The position numbers were made by a program, and so were the translations under genes. From positions 66,898,001 to 66,962,000 of the forward strand of contig OZ024744.1 in the NCBI GenBank assembly GCA_964016885.1: a stretch of DNA of 64,000 nt, in the 5' to 3' direction. The DNA comes from Eledone cirrhosa (taxonomy: Eukaryota). Shown one piece after another: positions 39,988-53,790 of the stretch; within the stretch, counting starts at the first letter, position 1, and the number at the start of each line of letters is the position of its first letter. A model generated the notes under the pieces. That model saw only the letters and a list, made by a program, of their open reading frames with translations. It ran no database searches and was not told where the DNA came from.

Positions 39988-40859
39988 GGAGAGAGAGAGA
40001 TGAACGGTCAGAAATAAACATGCAGGAAGAATTAATATAAGTATTGAGCTGATACTTTAATTATTGACTTCAAAAGAATCAAGGCTTTTCGCCGTGGAGA
40101 GTAGAGTACCGAAATCGAAACAAATGCTGCAAAGCATTCTATCCGACGCTCTAACGATTCTGCCACTTTACCGTCTTGCTAGTATGCTATTTTATCAATC
40201 CCCGAAGAAAGAAAGTCAAAGTGGACTTCTGTGGGATTTGAACTCAGAACATGAGACGCAAGGTGTTTTATCCGACGCTCTAACGATTCTTCTAATCCGC
40301 CAACTTTTGGTATCATGCATATAAATTCTCCTTACGTCATTTTCTTTCTCCAATGTGGTTTTCTTTATGGAAATATAGATTTTGATGCATTCAATGACTC
40401 TTCTATTTTTTCTTTGTTAAATCGTTAATTTTATATTCTATTGGGATGTTAAGTAGTTTCAGCTTTTCAAGATTAATAAGAAAATCCAAAAATGCAATAA
40501 AGAAATTAATTATACGCTGTTAGATATTACATCCCGATGGAGTTGATTTGCTATTCATTCTTCTAAGATCGATAAGATGATATCAAATATGTTAGTGTAG
40601 GGACCATTCAACAGACTATAGTTTTTTTTTATTTATTTTTTTTTTTTTTTATATACAAATGCACGGCTTTGTTTCAATGCAGAAAATTACGTGTTCAAAA
40701 ACTACCGAAATTGATTTTTTTTTCTTTTTTTTTTTTGCCTTCTGTAGGCGATAAAATACAGTACCAGTTAAGTACTAGAGTCGATATAATTGCCTAAGAC
40801 CTCAGTTGTTTGTAGTCACACCTGGACAGTTTCTCTTAAATGCTTAGTCAAGTAATTGC

Positions 40860-42160
40860 TTATTCAGCAAATTTTCTTTCTCCACGCCACCTGTGGCGAG
40901 AGAGACAGAAGGGTGTTGGAAGGGTGTTGGCAGCAGATGGATCTTCTCACCAGCTATTTCCAAAGGAATTAGAAGAGCGCGCGCTCCATTTTGGCGAGCG
41001 TTTTGGCTGGACAAGGCACGACGGTCAAGCGGTAGTAAATGGCGGACGCTATAAAAGTGTTCGCCACCTCCGCTCGAATTTTCAAGGATAGTTTGCACTC
41101 GGCCCACTTCTGGGTGAGTGCAAACACCTTGGCCGACACCTCGTTCCAGTTTTTCTCCACCTGGAGGTCCGGACCAAACTAGACCCCGAGCAGCTTTACC
41201 TGTCCTTCCGTCCAGCGTCCGACGACGCCATCGGAAGGCATCGGTTTGCCTCTCCAAAATCCGAGTTGCAAACCGATGGACTTGTCCCGGTTCAGCTTCG
41301 CTCCTGTGAACATTTCGTATTCCTTTAGTAAGGTACGACTTCCTCGATTTGCGAGGCGCTCGACACCATTACTGTCAAGTCGTCGGCGTAGGCCGACGCC
41401 GCTTTCCGCAGTTCCGGTTCCAGAGGGATGCCCTGCAATAGCTCCAACTTCCGCAGTAGTGGCTCGAGAGTCAGTACGTACAGAAGGGAGGAGAGAGGGC
41501 ATCCCTGTCGAACGGATCGCGTGATATGGAACGGCTCCGAGAGGTAGCCGTTCACCTTGACCCTTGAGCAGATGTTGTTGTTGTGCATTGCAGCAATCCA
41601 ACCCCTGAACACGGGTCTGAAGCCTGCCGCCTCGAGCACCGCATCCAGGTAACGATGGTCAACCCTATCAAAAGCCTTAGACTGTTCCAAGTGGATCAGG
41701 CCCCCACCGAAGCCGGGTTTACACCCTACCCTCTCTATGATGTATCGCATGAGGTGGAGGTTGTGGTGTATGGACCTGGGCGGGATTGCGCATGTCTGCG
41801 CTTCTCCCACCAGGTTCTCGACGACAAGCGCCAGCCTCTTTGCCAACACCTTGGCCAAAATCTGAAACTCTGTGTTTAGCAGAGTTATGGACCGGAAGTT
41901 GCCTATGTCATCCCCTTATTCTCGTCCTTCCTGACCAGTGTGACTACGCCCCTGGTCACAGAACTGGGAATTCTCCCATTCTGCTGCCAGTTGCTCTAGA
42001 CCGATTCCAGGAGACCGGAGAATAAGTCCGCCATTGCTACGTAAAATACGTAGGGTAGACCGTCGAGACCTGGAGATTTGCGTTTGCCGCATTGGCTCAG
42101 CGCGTCCCCTATCTCAGCGGCTGAGATCGGCCTTTCACAGAACTTTACCTCGCCGTCCGA
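40860..42160 (-). pseudogene. Tx1/L1-clade LINE RT fragment
   Basis: KSPGLDGLP, QSKAFDRVDH, VRQGCPLS, AYADD motifs, frameshifted; abuts (GATA)n. Confidence 0.9.
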
Positions 42161-42163
42161 AAG

Positions 42164-42203
<40 letters not shown>

Positions 42204-42214
42204 GGATAGATAGA

Positions 42215-42266
<52 letters not shown>

Positions 42267-42290
42267 GAGAGAGTAGGAGAGAGAGAAAAT

Positions 42291-42325
<35 letters not shown>

Positions 42326-42436
42326 GGAGAGAAATGAGATGTCTATCTTGATACATGGTATCGTCACGGGAGTACTCAGTATCTAAAGAATTACAGTAGA
42401 ACAAATACCGCCCATGTAGAGCAGCCTCTCTGTTCA

Positions 42437-43117
42437 TAATTGTTTCTACTTTAGGCACAAGGCCAGCAATTACCCAGTACATTACTGGTACTTTATTTTA
42501 TCGACCCGTAAGGATGAAAGGCAAAGTTAACCTCGGCTGGATTTGAACTCAGAATGGCAAGGGCCGTAACTCTATGCGTCAAAGCATGGCGTCCGACCCT
42601 CTACCGATACTGCCAATTCACCACCCCTCTCTGTTCATAATGTTTATTGTGTAAGCAAGCCTAAGTGGATAATAAAGATAATTGTTTCTACTTTTGGCAC
42701 AAGGCCAGCAATTATCACAGCGTATTACTGGTACTTTATTTTATCGACCCCGTAAGGATGAAAGGCAATGTTAACCTCGGCGGGATTTGAACTCAGACCA
42801 TAAAGGGCCGTAACTCTTTGCTGCAAAGCATGGTGTCAGACCCTCTACCGACACTGCCAATCCACTGGTGCATTCTCGCTGTTAATTCATCTTTTAACAG
42901 CAAATATTTCTTTATCAGCTTTATCCACCAATTTGGATTAGCAGTATCGGTAGAGGGTCGGATGCCATGCTTTGCAGCAAAGAGTTACGGCCCTTGCCAT
43001 TGTGAGTTCAAATCCCGCTGAGGTTAACTTTGCCTTTCATCCTTACGGGGTCGATAAAATAAAGTACCAGTAATAATCTGGGATAATTGCTGGCCTTGCA
43101 CCAAAAGTGTAAACAAA
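42437..43117. mobile_element. Three Meta-type SINEs (minus, minus, plus)
   Basis: Standard head and core. The first copy has a 15-bp TSD, CTCTCTGTTCATAAT. Confidence 0.85.
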
Positions 43118-43370
43118 TAAAGATAATAAAGAAATATTTGCTGTTAAAAGATGAATTAATACAGTGAGAATGACCCGAGTGAATTAATCTATTCTAAACA
43201 GGCACCAATATAATGGAAAGAAGGAAAGAATGGGTTATCTCGGATCTGTGGGGTTCCTTAATTACCTCATGGATAGGGCTCCCTCTATTGGGGAATTGCG
43301 TTATTTGCTGTCTGTCTGTTACATTTCTCGCTTTACACGTTTATATGTAAATCTCTACCGTCCATGATTA
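43118..43370 (+). pseudogene. Tx1 extreme 3' fragment
   Basis: FAVKR*INTVRMTRVN resembles FVERWVREASMARVS; 3' UTR hairpin CTCCC TCTATT GGGGA. Confidence 0.55.
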
Positions 43371-43449
43371 TTTCATTGACCATAACGTTTTAGGACCCTT
43401 GTAGCCAATACAAAATTCACCACTACCATCATCACCACCACCACAAACA

Positions 43450-43532
<83 letters not shown>

Positions 43533-43581
43533 AACCATCACCACCAACACTAAAAATATAAGCAGTAGCAATAATTTAAAT

Positions 43582-45503
43582 TTGTCCCATGCAGACTTTA
43601 ATTTCCCGCCATTACCAAAAACTGCAGGTGTTAAAGCCGCCCCCCCCCCACCACCACTACAGCGACAACAGAAACAGAAGAAAAAAATAAATTATTATCT
43701 CGTGACATCGAAATGGATTCACCCAGAATCGACTCTTCCACACCGAACACCACTGACGCCACCACCACCACAACTGAAACTAAAAATATCAATAACAATA
43801 ACAAAAATAACAATAACAACAACAGTAACAACAACAATGATAATAACAACAAAAACATCAACACCACCGCAAATGTGTCGTTTGCCAAAGCAGCCAAGAA
43901 ATGCGAAACAATCGAGGTAACTCAGGAGGAATTAAATGAAGCCAAGAGAATGGTAAAGAAAGATGGATACAAGGTCAGCCCCCCCCCCCACACACACCAC
44001 CACCATCTAATAAAATGGAGCATCGGCGCCTATGGGTCATGTGTGGGCGGAAAAAACCACCTCAGACGTGGGCAAAAATATGGAACCGTTGACGTGTTCT
44101 TTGGAACACCACAGGAGGCCAGAGAGCACTCCATGGTCCCATTAAGAAGCGACGACTTCACACTCGTCCCAAGCTATTGGGGCCATAGACTCGTGAAGAT
44201 CAGGGTGACCCACGTTCCACCGGCCATCGAAATTCCCTGGCTAATGGGTACCGTCCTCGTCGGCATCGAGGCCAACACCAAAATAATTGAAATATCAAAA
44301 GAAAAGGAGGAGAAATGGTCCGGATCTGGGATGGAGCTCCTGATCCAATCGGACAAAAAAGGAAATCCCAGAGGTAATAGACCTCACTGACGACAGCCAC
44401 CTCACCGTAATCGTCGAGGGTAGAAGGCCTAGGTGTGTCGTTTGTGGGGAAGGAACCCACCTAAAAGCTTTCTGCCCTCAGGCTAAAAATTTGAGGCCAC
44501 CTCTCTTACCCACCCCAGTGACACAACCATCAACACCACCAGCAGCAGAAATGGCAACAACAACAGAAACAACTGTAGCAGCAACAACCCCAGCAGCAGT
44601 AGCAAAACCAACACCACCACCACCCACCGCGCCAGAACTAGCACCAGCGCCTCCACCATCCACCACGCCACAACCAAAACCAACGCCCGTGGAGGATTTT
44701 CCACTCCCTGGACTATCGCAACTGGAGACAGATTGTGACGACGAGGAGTGGGAAACGGTATCAGGAAAAAAGAGAAAAAGAAAAAGAAACCAAAAAAGAA
44801 AAAAATCCCCTTCCCTCCCCCTTCCAAAAACAAAATACAGAGGGAAGCAAATAAACTATCAAACAAAAAAGTTAGGACAGCTATGCCACCATCCACACCA
44901 GCATCACCAGCCCCATCACCACAAACACCAACACCATCACCAACATTAACCCCAACACCACCATCACCAACACCACAAAAGTCACCAAAAAGTGAAACAG
45001 AAACAAACCCACAACAAACGCAAACAAAACAAAACAACCAAAATGATACACATGGCAGTATCGGTAAGGGTCGGACGCCATGATTTGAAGCATAGAGTTA
45101 CCTCCCTTTATGATCTGAGTTCAAATCCCGCCGAGGTTAACTTTGCCTTTCATCCTTACGAGGTCGAAAAAATAAAGTACCAGTAAAATGCACTGGGATA
45201 ATTGCTGGCCTTGTGCCAAAAGTAGAAACAATTAAATTTGAACAACAACCAATTATTACACTACATCCAACACAACACCAGCATCACAGAAAAAGACTAC
45301 ACAACAACCCAAATGTTCACACCACCTCCACCATACAAATCACACAGAAAACGTACACGACACTAAAACAAAAATTCCCCAAAGACATCGGAGACTTCCG
45401 ACAAGCACTCTCCAGGAGGATTTATAAGGACATCCTTCCAGAGGAGGCCACAAGCAGTGAAAAGGATGGAGAAACCATCCTTCCTCTACGAGAAGTAAAG
45501 TAA
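43582..45503 (+). pseudogene. Tx1 LINE ORF1 (frameshifted, SINE inserted at about 45052-45235)
   Basis: SFAKAA, LRRGQKYGTV, zinc knuckle CVVCGEGTHLKAFC, Pro/Thr-rich tail; homologous to 62143-63834. Confidence 0.8.
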
Positions 45504-45537
45504 GGGGTCTTTCCCATCTTTTCCACTCCATTTCGAC

Positions 45538-48500
45538 ATGACCTCACTCAGAATAGGCAGCATAAATGCGCGTGGCTTGGGATCGTCATGGAAGCAGGGC
45601 CACCTGCTCAACGACCTCAGGTCACTAAACATAGATGTAGTGGCCATCAGCGAGACCATAATCTCCGAAGCACGGGCCTTCGCACCGATCTTCGGCGGCT
45701 ACGATGTGTACGCATCTCGCAGCCGTCCTAGATCGGGGGCAGGAGTTGCTGTGCTTTTTCGGAGAGGTTTGGATCTCGCCATACGGGCCATCTTCCTGGA
45801 CCCAGAAGGTAAGTTGGTGGTGCTGGACGTGACCAGCGGAGACGGGCAAGCTTTCAGGCTAGTGGCCGTCTATACCCCGACAGGAGCAGGGCGGCCTGAT
45901 TTCTTGGAACATCCCGCTCTTTAGTGTTAGTGGGCGACTGGAACGGGATCTTAGATGCACGCTGGGACTGTGTGGGATTAGCGGATAGGGGAGGAGGGTG
46001 CAAGAGCCTCACCAACCTGCTCAGGCGTTTTGAACTGTCTGACAGGTACCTATTGGATTTCCAGAAGGTGCCAATGTGGACTTGGACAAATCGCATACGT
46101 TCATCCAGATCATATCTAGATAGAGTATTTTGTAGGGAAATACATAGGTCTAGCATAGGCTGTCCACAATTCAAGATAGTCAGCTACACGTGATATGTGT
46201 GCTTGACTTAGATAGGCTTCATAGACGAGGACACGGCTACTGGAAGCTAAACGCGTCCTTACCAGCGCGCAAGATCTACAGAGACCGGATTAGCGAACTA
46301 GTTAAGCGGGCGTTGACGGGGGCCATCGTCAACAACAAGTGGTGGTTTGTTCTGAAAAGAGCGATTAGAATAGAGTCTGAAAAGAGCGATTAGAATAGGT
46401 TTAGTAAGGCTTTAGCAATAGAGAAAAATAGAGCAGAGGGAGACCTAGTTAGAAAATTAGACGAGGCGCTTAGCAGAGGCATCGCAACCGACGTGCTTGC
46501 GGCGAAATTGGCCATTGACCAATTCTTCAATGCAAAGCACGAAGGCTGCGTTGTCAGAGCTAAGGTGCGTGCTCTCAGACACGAGAGGACGAAAGCCGTT
46601 CAATGGGCCCGAGTGGCGGAGGCTTGTCGTGGCAACAAAGCCACGATCCGGTCTTTGGTGGACCACGACGGGCGCATGCTACTCGATCCCGGGCAAATGT
46701 GTGAAGGTTTTCAGCGACACTTCGCACAGCTTTTCGGGGGCAGCGGCGGGCCGGATCGAGGGATGGACTTTAGTGTCTACCTCGACGGACTGCCGCGGCT
46801 CTCGGCCACTGAGGCGGAGGGTTGCGAAAAGCCGATAACAGCCGCTGAAGTACCGGAGGCAATGACTGGCTGCACAAGGGGTAAATCGCCTTGTTTGGAT
46901 GGTCTGCCCTATGAACTTTACGTACAGATGCCAGACTTGTTCGGAGTCCTCTTGGCGGACGTCTACTGCAACTGGCAACAGAACGGGAGAATACCCACCT
47001 CTGTGAGCCGAGGAGCTGTGGCGCTGCTGAGAAACGATCCGAACAAGGGGGATAATATAGATAATTTCAGGCCCATAACTCTGCTAAACACAGAGTTCAA
47101 GATTTTGGACAAGGTGCTAGCAAAGAGGTTGGCACTTGTCGTTGGTGGTCTGGTGGGAGAGGCGCAGACATGCGCCATTCCCGACAGATCCATCCACGAC
47201 AACCTACACCTCATGCGATACGTCGTAGAGAGGGTAGCTAGGGAACCTGGCACGGGTGGGTCCTTGATCAATTTAGATCAGTCGAAAGCTTTCGATAGGG
47301 TCGACCATCGTTACCTAGCGGCAGTCCTGAGGGCGGCTGGCTTTGGGCCCGTCTTCAGAGGCTGGATCGCTGCCATGCATAGCGACATCTGCTCTGTGGT
47401 GAGAATCAACGGTCACCTTTCGGAACCGTTCAACATCATGCGCTCGGTCCGCCAAGGATGTCCCCTCTCGTCCCTCTTGTACGTATTGACTCTCGAGCCA
47501 TTACTTCACAAACTGGAGACGTTGAGGGGGATCTCGCGCGAACTAGGATGCGGAAGATCCGTGTCAGCATATGCGGACGATGTCACCGTAGTGGTGTCGA
47601 ACGCCAAACACATTGAGGCAATCGGCACTACACTAAGAGAATACGAAGCGGTGACAGGAGCAATGATCAACCAGGAAAAGTCAGTGGGCCTGCAGCTCGG
47701 CACCTGGAGAGGCAGGTCCATGCCGTCCAACAGCGTCGTCGGGCGCTGGACGGACGGACCGGTTAAATTGCTAGGGGTCTGGTTCGGTCCGGACCTCCAG
47801 ACGGACAAAAACTGGGACGAGGTGATGAGCAGGGTGGCTTCTCTCACCCAGAAATGGGCGGAGAGGAAGCTATCCCTGAAAGGTCGAGCGGAGGTGGCTA
47901 ACGCGTACATCGCGTCCGTCATCTAGTACCGCCTGACCGTCGTCCTAAGGCCTGTCTGACTGCGCTGGAGCGTTTGCTCTTTCGCTTTTTGTGGAAGGGA
48001 TGCACTCCGCTGGTCAGGCGGTCCATCTGCTGGGCATGCCGTGGCTGATGATGCGCAGACACGCACTCAGGCTACGACATCTCCACCTCTTCCTCGACAG
48101 TGATCAGGTGTGAACGCCGTTTGCTAGACGCGTCTTTCCCCAGCTCGTCTCCTTGACGGAGCTGCAGTCCTGGGTCAAGCGAAGACCGAGAGGGAGCGCT
48201 TGGAGACTGGAATGTCTTCAGGCGCTCACAGCCCTCGACCAATCGGGCAATGTGATCGGTGGAAACTCCACCTTGGCGTTCTATAGGGGATTAGTGGAGG
48301 GGAAGAGCGACGACGTACTTGGAGAAACTCTAGGCGTCGACGAAAATCAACTAGCCAATCTCTTCGGAAGGACTTTCGGGCCGGGGCCTATGGACAACTT
48401 CCAGAAATCGCTGGCCTGTCAGTGCTACCGAGGAGCTTTGCCAGTTCGGGATAAACTCTACAGGCATGGAGGTGCCGTCAGCCGGGCATGTCCGAGATGC

Positions 48501-48890
48501 GCGCAGGGCGACGAAACCGTCCTGCACGCACTCGTCCAGTGTCCGAGCATTGCTGACTTGTGGGTTTATGTCGAACACCTGCTGTCACGTGTAGGACGGA
48601 TCCAGCTATCAGCTGAGTCCATCGTGAGGATTGCCCCGCCCTCTTCCTTTAGCCTGGAAGGGCAGGCAGTTTTTATCTGTCTGGTGGCCATGGCGAAAGA
48701 GATAGTATGGTGGACACGTTTGAAAGGTCTGAAGACGAGCACTTACCTCTTCGGTGATGCCCTGATTAACTTTTTCAAATTTCATTTGAAAAGGAAAATC
48801 AGGGTAGATAGGGAAGTGCTCTCTTCCCAGAATTTTGTTGAAAGATGGGTGAGAGAAGCAAGTATGGCCCGAGTGAGTATGTGGGCCTAG
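45538..48890 (+). pseudogene. Tx1 LINE ORF2 (AP endonuclease, RT, Cys-rich domain), disrupted
   Basis: SINARGL..SET, GDWN, SYLDR, QSKAFDRVDH, RQGCPLS, AYADD, CPRC..ETVLHALVQC; several stops and frameshifts. 3' UTR runs to about 49160 with a (TAT)n tail. Confidence 0.92.
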
Positions 48891-49874
48891 TCTGAGTATG
48901 TGTCTGTAAATTAAAGGTGGAAAACTGGGAGAGGGCACTTGCCCTGGTGATCAGGGTCACTGTGGTCTTTTAATGGGCTTTCACCACAAATGTCCCTCGG
49001 AAGTCTCCCCCCTATTGGAGAATTTTTCATTGTTATTTTTTTTATTACATCCTCTGTTGTTTTTACACGCAGAAATGCCCATTTGTACCGTCCTGTATTG
49101 TCCTGTACTGTCCTTAATGTTTACTTTATGTAAACCCTTGTGGTTAATAAAGAAAGCATTATTATTATTATTATTATTATTAATATTATTATTTTTAAAG
49201 GCGGTGGATTGGCACTATCGGTAGAGAGTCGGACGCCATGCTTTCCAGCATAGTTACGTCCCTTTACGGCCTGAGTTCAAATCCCGCCGAGGTTAACTTT
49301 GCCTTTCATCCTTACGGGGTCGATAAAGTAAAGTACCAGTAATGTACTGAGTAATTGCTGGCCTTGTGCCAAAAGTAGAAACAATTATTATCATCATCAT
49401 CATCATCATCATCATCACTTCGATATGTGAATGGATCGATTAGAGTGACCGATAAAATAACTTGTGGTATTTACTTTCGTCCATTTACATTCTCGTAGTT
49501 TCAAATCTCCCTTAAGCTGTCAAATACTTGGTTCGATATAATCGATTATACTTGTCTTTCAAATGCGTAAGTACCTTTTGTGTCTATGTTGGAAAACATT
49601 TATTATTCATTAAGCTAGATATTTCTGTCAGAAATTTAGAATATATAAGTAAATAACAGCTATAAACATTTTTGTTTCTACCAAGTCAGATGGCAGTAAC
49701 TGAAGATGGTTGAAGGACTGAAATGTCATCAGCGATAGATGTTATTTGAATGAATTCATAATGTAATCAAGATAATTAACTTTTACAAGACTGAGTTACA
49801 GAGAATGCCTACTAGGCATTACGTTTTGACGGCTTCTTCCGTGTATAATACGTAACTCCCTGCTAAAGCTAAAT

Positions 49875-51360
49875 ACCAACAACATCACCATCACCATCAC
49901 CAGTAATAACAGCAACAAAAACATGGCAATGACGGCCATCACCATCAGCACCACCAACATCACCATTGCCATCACCGCCACCGCCATCACCATCACCATC
50001 AACACCACCATCACCATCGCTATCACCATCACCATCACAAAAACCATCACCACCACCATAACCATCGCCGTCACCATCACCACCACTATCACTATTACCA
50101 TAACCCTCGCCATCATCATCAACATCACCACCGCCATCACCACAACTATCACCACCAACATCACCATCACCACCACCACCACCAACACGACCATCATCAT
50201 CACCATCATCACCACCACCACCACCATCACCCCCATCATCACCATCACCACCAATAACAGCAACAACACCACTACCACCATCACCACTACCATCAGCAGC
50301 ACTATCATCATTACTATCAGCACCACTATGACCACCACCACCATCACCACCACCACCATCACCATCACCATCTCCACAACCATTACCATCACCATCACCA
50401 CCATCACCATCCCTATCACCATCCCCATCAAATTACCACCACTACAACCACCATCACCATAACCATCACCACCACCATCACCACCACCACCATCACCACC
50501 ACCACCACCATCACCATTACCACCACCACCACCACAATCACCATCACCATAACCACAACCATCACCACCACCATCACCATTACCACCATCACCACCACCA
50601 CCACTACCATCATCACCACCACCACCGCCCCTACCATCACCACCACCACCACCACTACCATCACCATCACCACCATCATCACCATTACCACCACCATCAC
50701 CACCATCATCACCATTACCACCACCATCACCACCACCATCACCATTACCACCACCACCATCACCATAACCACCGCCACCATCACCATAACCACCACCATC
50801 ACCACCACCACCACCATCACCATAACCACCACGACCATCACCACCACCACCATCACCATAACCACCACCACCACCATCACCATAACCACCACCACCATCA
50901 CCACCACCATCACCATAATTACCACCACCACCACCACCACCATAACCACCACCACCACCACCATCACCATAACCCCCACCACCATCACCATTACCACCAC
51001 CATAACCACCACAACCATCACCATTACCACCACCATTACCATTACCACCACATCACTATCTCCATCACTATCCCCACCACCATCACCACCACCATCATCA
51101 TCACCATTAACATTACCATCACCATCACCACCATCACCACCACCACCATCACTATCACCACCACCACCATCATTACCATCATCACACCACCACCATCATC
51201 ACCATCACCACCACCATCACCACCATCACCATCACCATCACTATCACCACCACCACCACCACTACCATCATCACCACCACCACCATCACCACCATCACCA
51301 TCATCACCATCACCACCATCATCAGCACCACCATCACCATCACCATCACCACCACTATTT
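49875..51360. repeat. Degenerate (CAC/CAT)n trinucleotide array
   Basis: Direct reading. Confidence 0.95.
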
Positions 51361-51477
51361 ATTGTCATCACATGTCCATACCTACACAATTACTTCTCCA
51401 ACACACATCATCTGGTTCTTTCAATATCCAGACACACTTTCAGATCATTTTTGCTTCATCTTCACTATTTATCCTAA

Positions 51478-52150
51478 CCCCACAGTGGTGCCAGGCTCCA
51501 TGCCCTGCCCTCCTTCTCCACTGGCACGCAGCTAGACAATCATAGCCTGCGAATCGGCGTTTCCCTGAGGCTCAGCCTCCGGATCTGCCAGCCACACCAA
51601 TATCGCTGCGGTTCCACCGTGGACTCTTTCGGCCTCCACCCGCTTTCCTGTCGCCACAGTGTCGGCCGCATTCCACGCCATGCTGTCCTCAACGAGGTCA
51701 TTAAGCATGGCTTGGACACTGCAGGCTTCCCTTCCCAGCTCGAGCCGGTGGGGCTGGATCAAGGGGACGGCAAAAGGCCAGATGGCATGGCCATCTTCCC
51801 CTTCTGCGGTGGCAAACCCCTCGTCTGGGATGCCACTTGCACCGACTCTTTCTGCAGCCGCAACCTGGTGCAGTCTGCGACTGATCCAGGTTCTGCTGCA
51901 CGTCGGGCTGAGGAGGTCACTCTCTGACAGGTTTGCGGTCGCACCCCTGGCTGTGGAGACTTCTGGTGTCCTCGGCCCCAGGGCTACCTCCATACTCACC
52001 ACCATTCGCGCTGAGCTGGTCAGCCGCAGGTGTGAGCCTCGCGAGTTGGAGTGGCTTTTCCAGCGCGTCTCCCTTGCCGTCCTCCGGGGAAACGCCTTCC
52101 CCATTCTGTCCTCCGGGCCTGTGGGTGGGCCCCATCGCGTACCGTTGTAG
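51478..52150 (+). pseudogene. CRE-like retrotransposon 3' part
   Basis: Close paralogue of 19035-19650 with a deletion causing a frameshift. Confidence 0.82.
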
Positions 52151-52306
52151 TTGTTGTATACAGATATTAACTCATCAATCCCATTGTCTTAATAATAAAA
52201 CAATTAGGGCATGTTTTACTTCCGCTGTAGTGGATCATACTATGTTAAGTTATCTGAAACCTTTGTCAACCTTCTACCTTTTAAGTGTGTTTCAAGCAGT
52301 CTATCT

Positions 52307-52572
52307 CAGTCATGGACAACCTGCGGGTCGCGAAGTTTTCTGAATAGTTCGCCTAAGTCACCTAAGTGAAATCTTTCTGATATTTTTACCCCAACTTTTC
52401 AGCCATAGTTTATCTTTCTATCGTGTACGAATTCTGAAGAAACAAATCAAAACAACCTGAGTTACCGCCCTTTTTTTAATGTGGGCACGAATGTAAATTA
52501 GCGCTTGCGGCCCGCCTGATGATGAACCATATCTCATGCGTCCCGCTTCTCGAAAAAGGTTTCCCATGCCTG
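52307..52572. mobile_element. hAT (Charlie-like) MITE
   Basis: Imperfect 16-bp TIR CAGTCATGGACAACCT / AGGTTTCCCATGCCTG; 8-bp TSD GTCTATCT / GTCTATCG. Confidence 0.75.
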
Positions 52573-53265
52573 GTCTATCGTCTAGACATCGAGAGAAATC
52601 CTTTGTTAACGACGGAAGTAAACGGTTTTTTTTGTGGAGGTGTTTAACAATAAGTAATCCAGTTGTTTGAACAACTGAACTTAAAATGTCATTGAATTGC
52701 AGTCACTATCCATCCAATAAGTCTCCACAACTTCCAACAACCTAATTTGACTCGCAAGGCTCGATTCAACCCAGGTTATCATATCAAATAGTTATGTAAG
52801 ATATCGCCACGCAGGGAGATCGAACCCGAGACCTCACAATAATGAAGCATATTTCTTAACCACTCGGCCTTGCTTGCGACCAAATTTCACAAGCAATCAA
52901 TGGAAACTCTACAGTGCTACTCAACCCGTTAGAAATATGAGCTAAACCCCTTCCCCCTATCAGAGATATATCTTTATAGTGTTTGATTTACATACTAAAC
53001 TTAATGGTCGCAACTGGAACACCTAGCTTTAAACATCAGGAATATTTCCTGTAAAGGACCACAATTAAAGTAAACAATTCAGAAATGTGTGTTATCCATT
53101 TAGTCTATTACTAGTTTCAGGCCATGCTGGGGCACTGTCTTACAAGTTTTACTCAATCATATCAACCCCAGTACCATTTTTTAAGTCTTATTTTACTGAT
53201 TTCTTTTTGTTGAAAAGTTAAGTTATAGAACACGGAAGAAAAAGATATGAGCTTACACACACACG

Positions 53266-53350
<85 letters not shown>

Positions 53351-53429
53351 CACACACTCACACACGACACACACATACATGGTGGATGGAAAAAAAATTC
53401 TCTATTGAATATTACTTATAACTTTTTGC

Positions 53430-53790
53430 CTACTGTGATCACTTGGGATAACACCAATGACCTCATATACATGCAAGATGGAGACCTTCCTGATTTTGCA
53501 CGCACTGTCAGTGAGTGGCTTGATATCCAGTTTCCATGAGGTTGGCTGGGTAGTCGAGATTCACATTAATGGTCATCAAGAAGCCGTTTCTTAATGCCAT
53601 GTGATTTTTTTCCTCTAGGGTGAGCGAAGGAAAAAGTTTATAGCTCAAAATCAAAACCCAATTGGAGGAATGCATTTGTCATGTATTGACTAACATACTG
53701 CCTGAGTTCCTGATGAAATCAGTTGAGGATATACCTAGATGATTACAAACACTAGTGGATAACGCTGGTGCTTATATAGAACTTTAACAC
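53430..53790 (+). pseudogene. Degraded Tc1/mariner transposase C-terminal fragment
   Basis: YMQDGDLPDF..VSEWLDIQFP*GWLG..WSSRS..PCDFFL*G*AKEKVY resembles QDGAPxH..WPPRSPDLxPxDFFLWG. Confidence 0.7.

Noticed and set aside
49694-49737. CTGAAGA..GAAA-TGTCA-TC hammerhead-like motif
   Set aside because: No stem I pairing and no repeat or (TA)n context.
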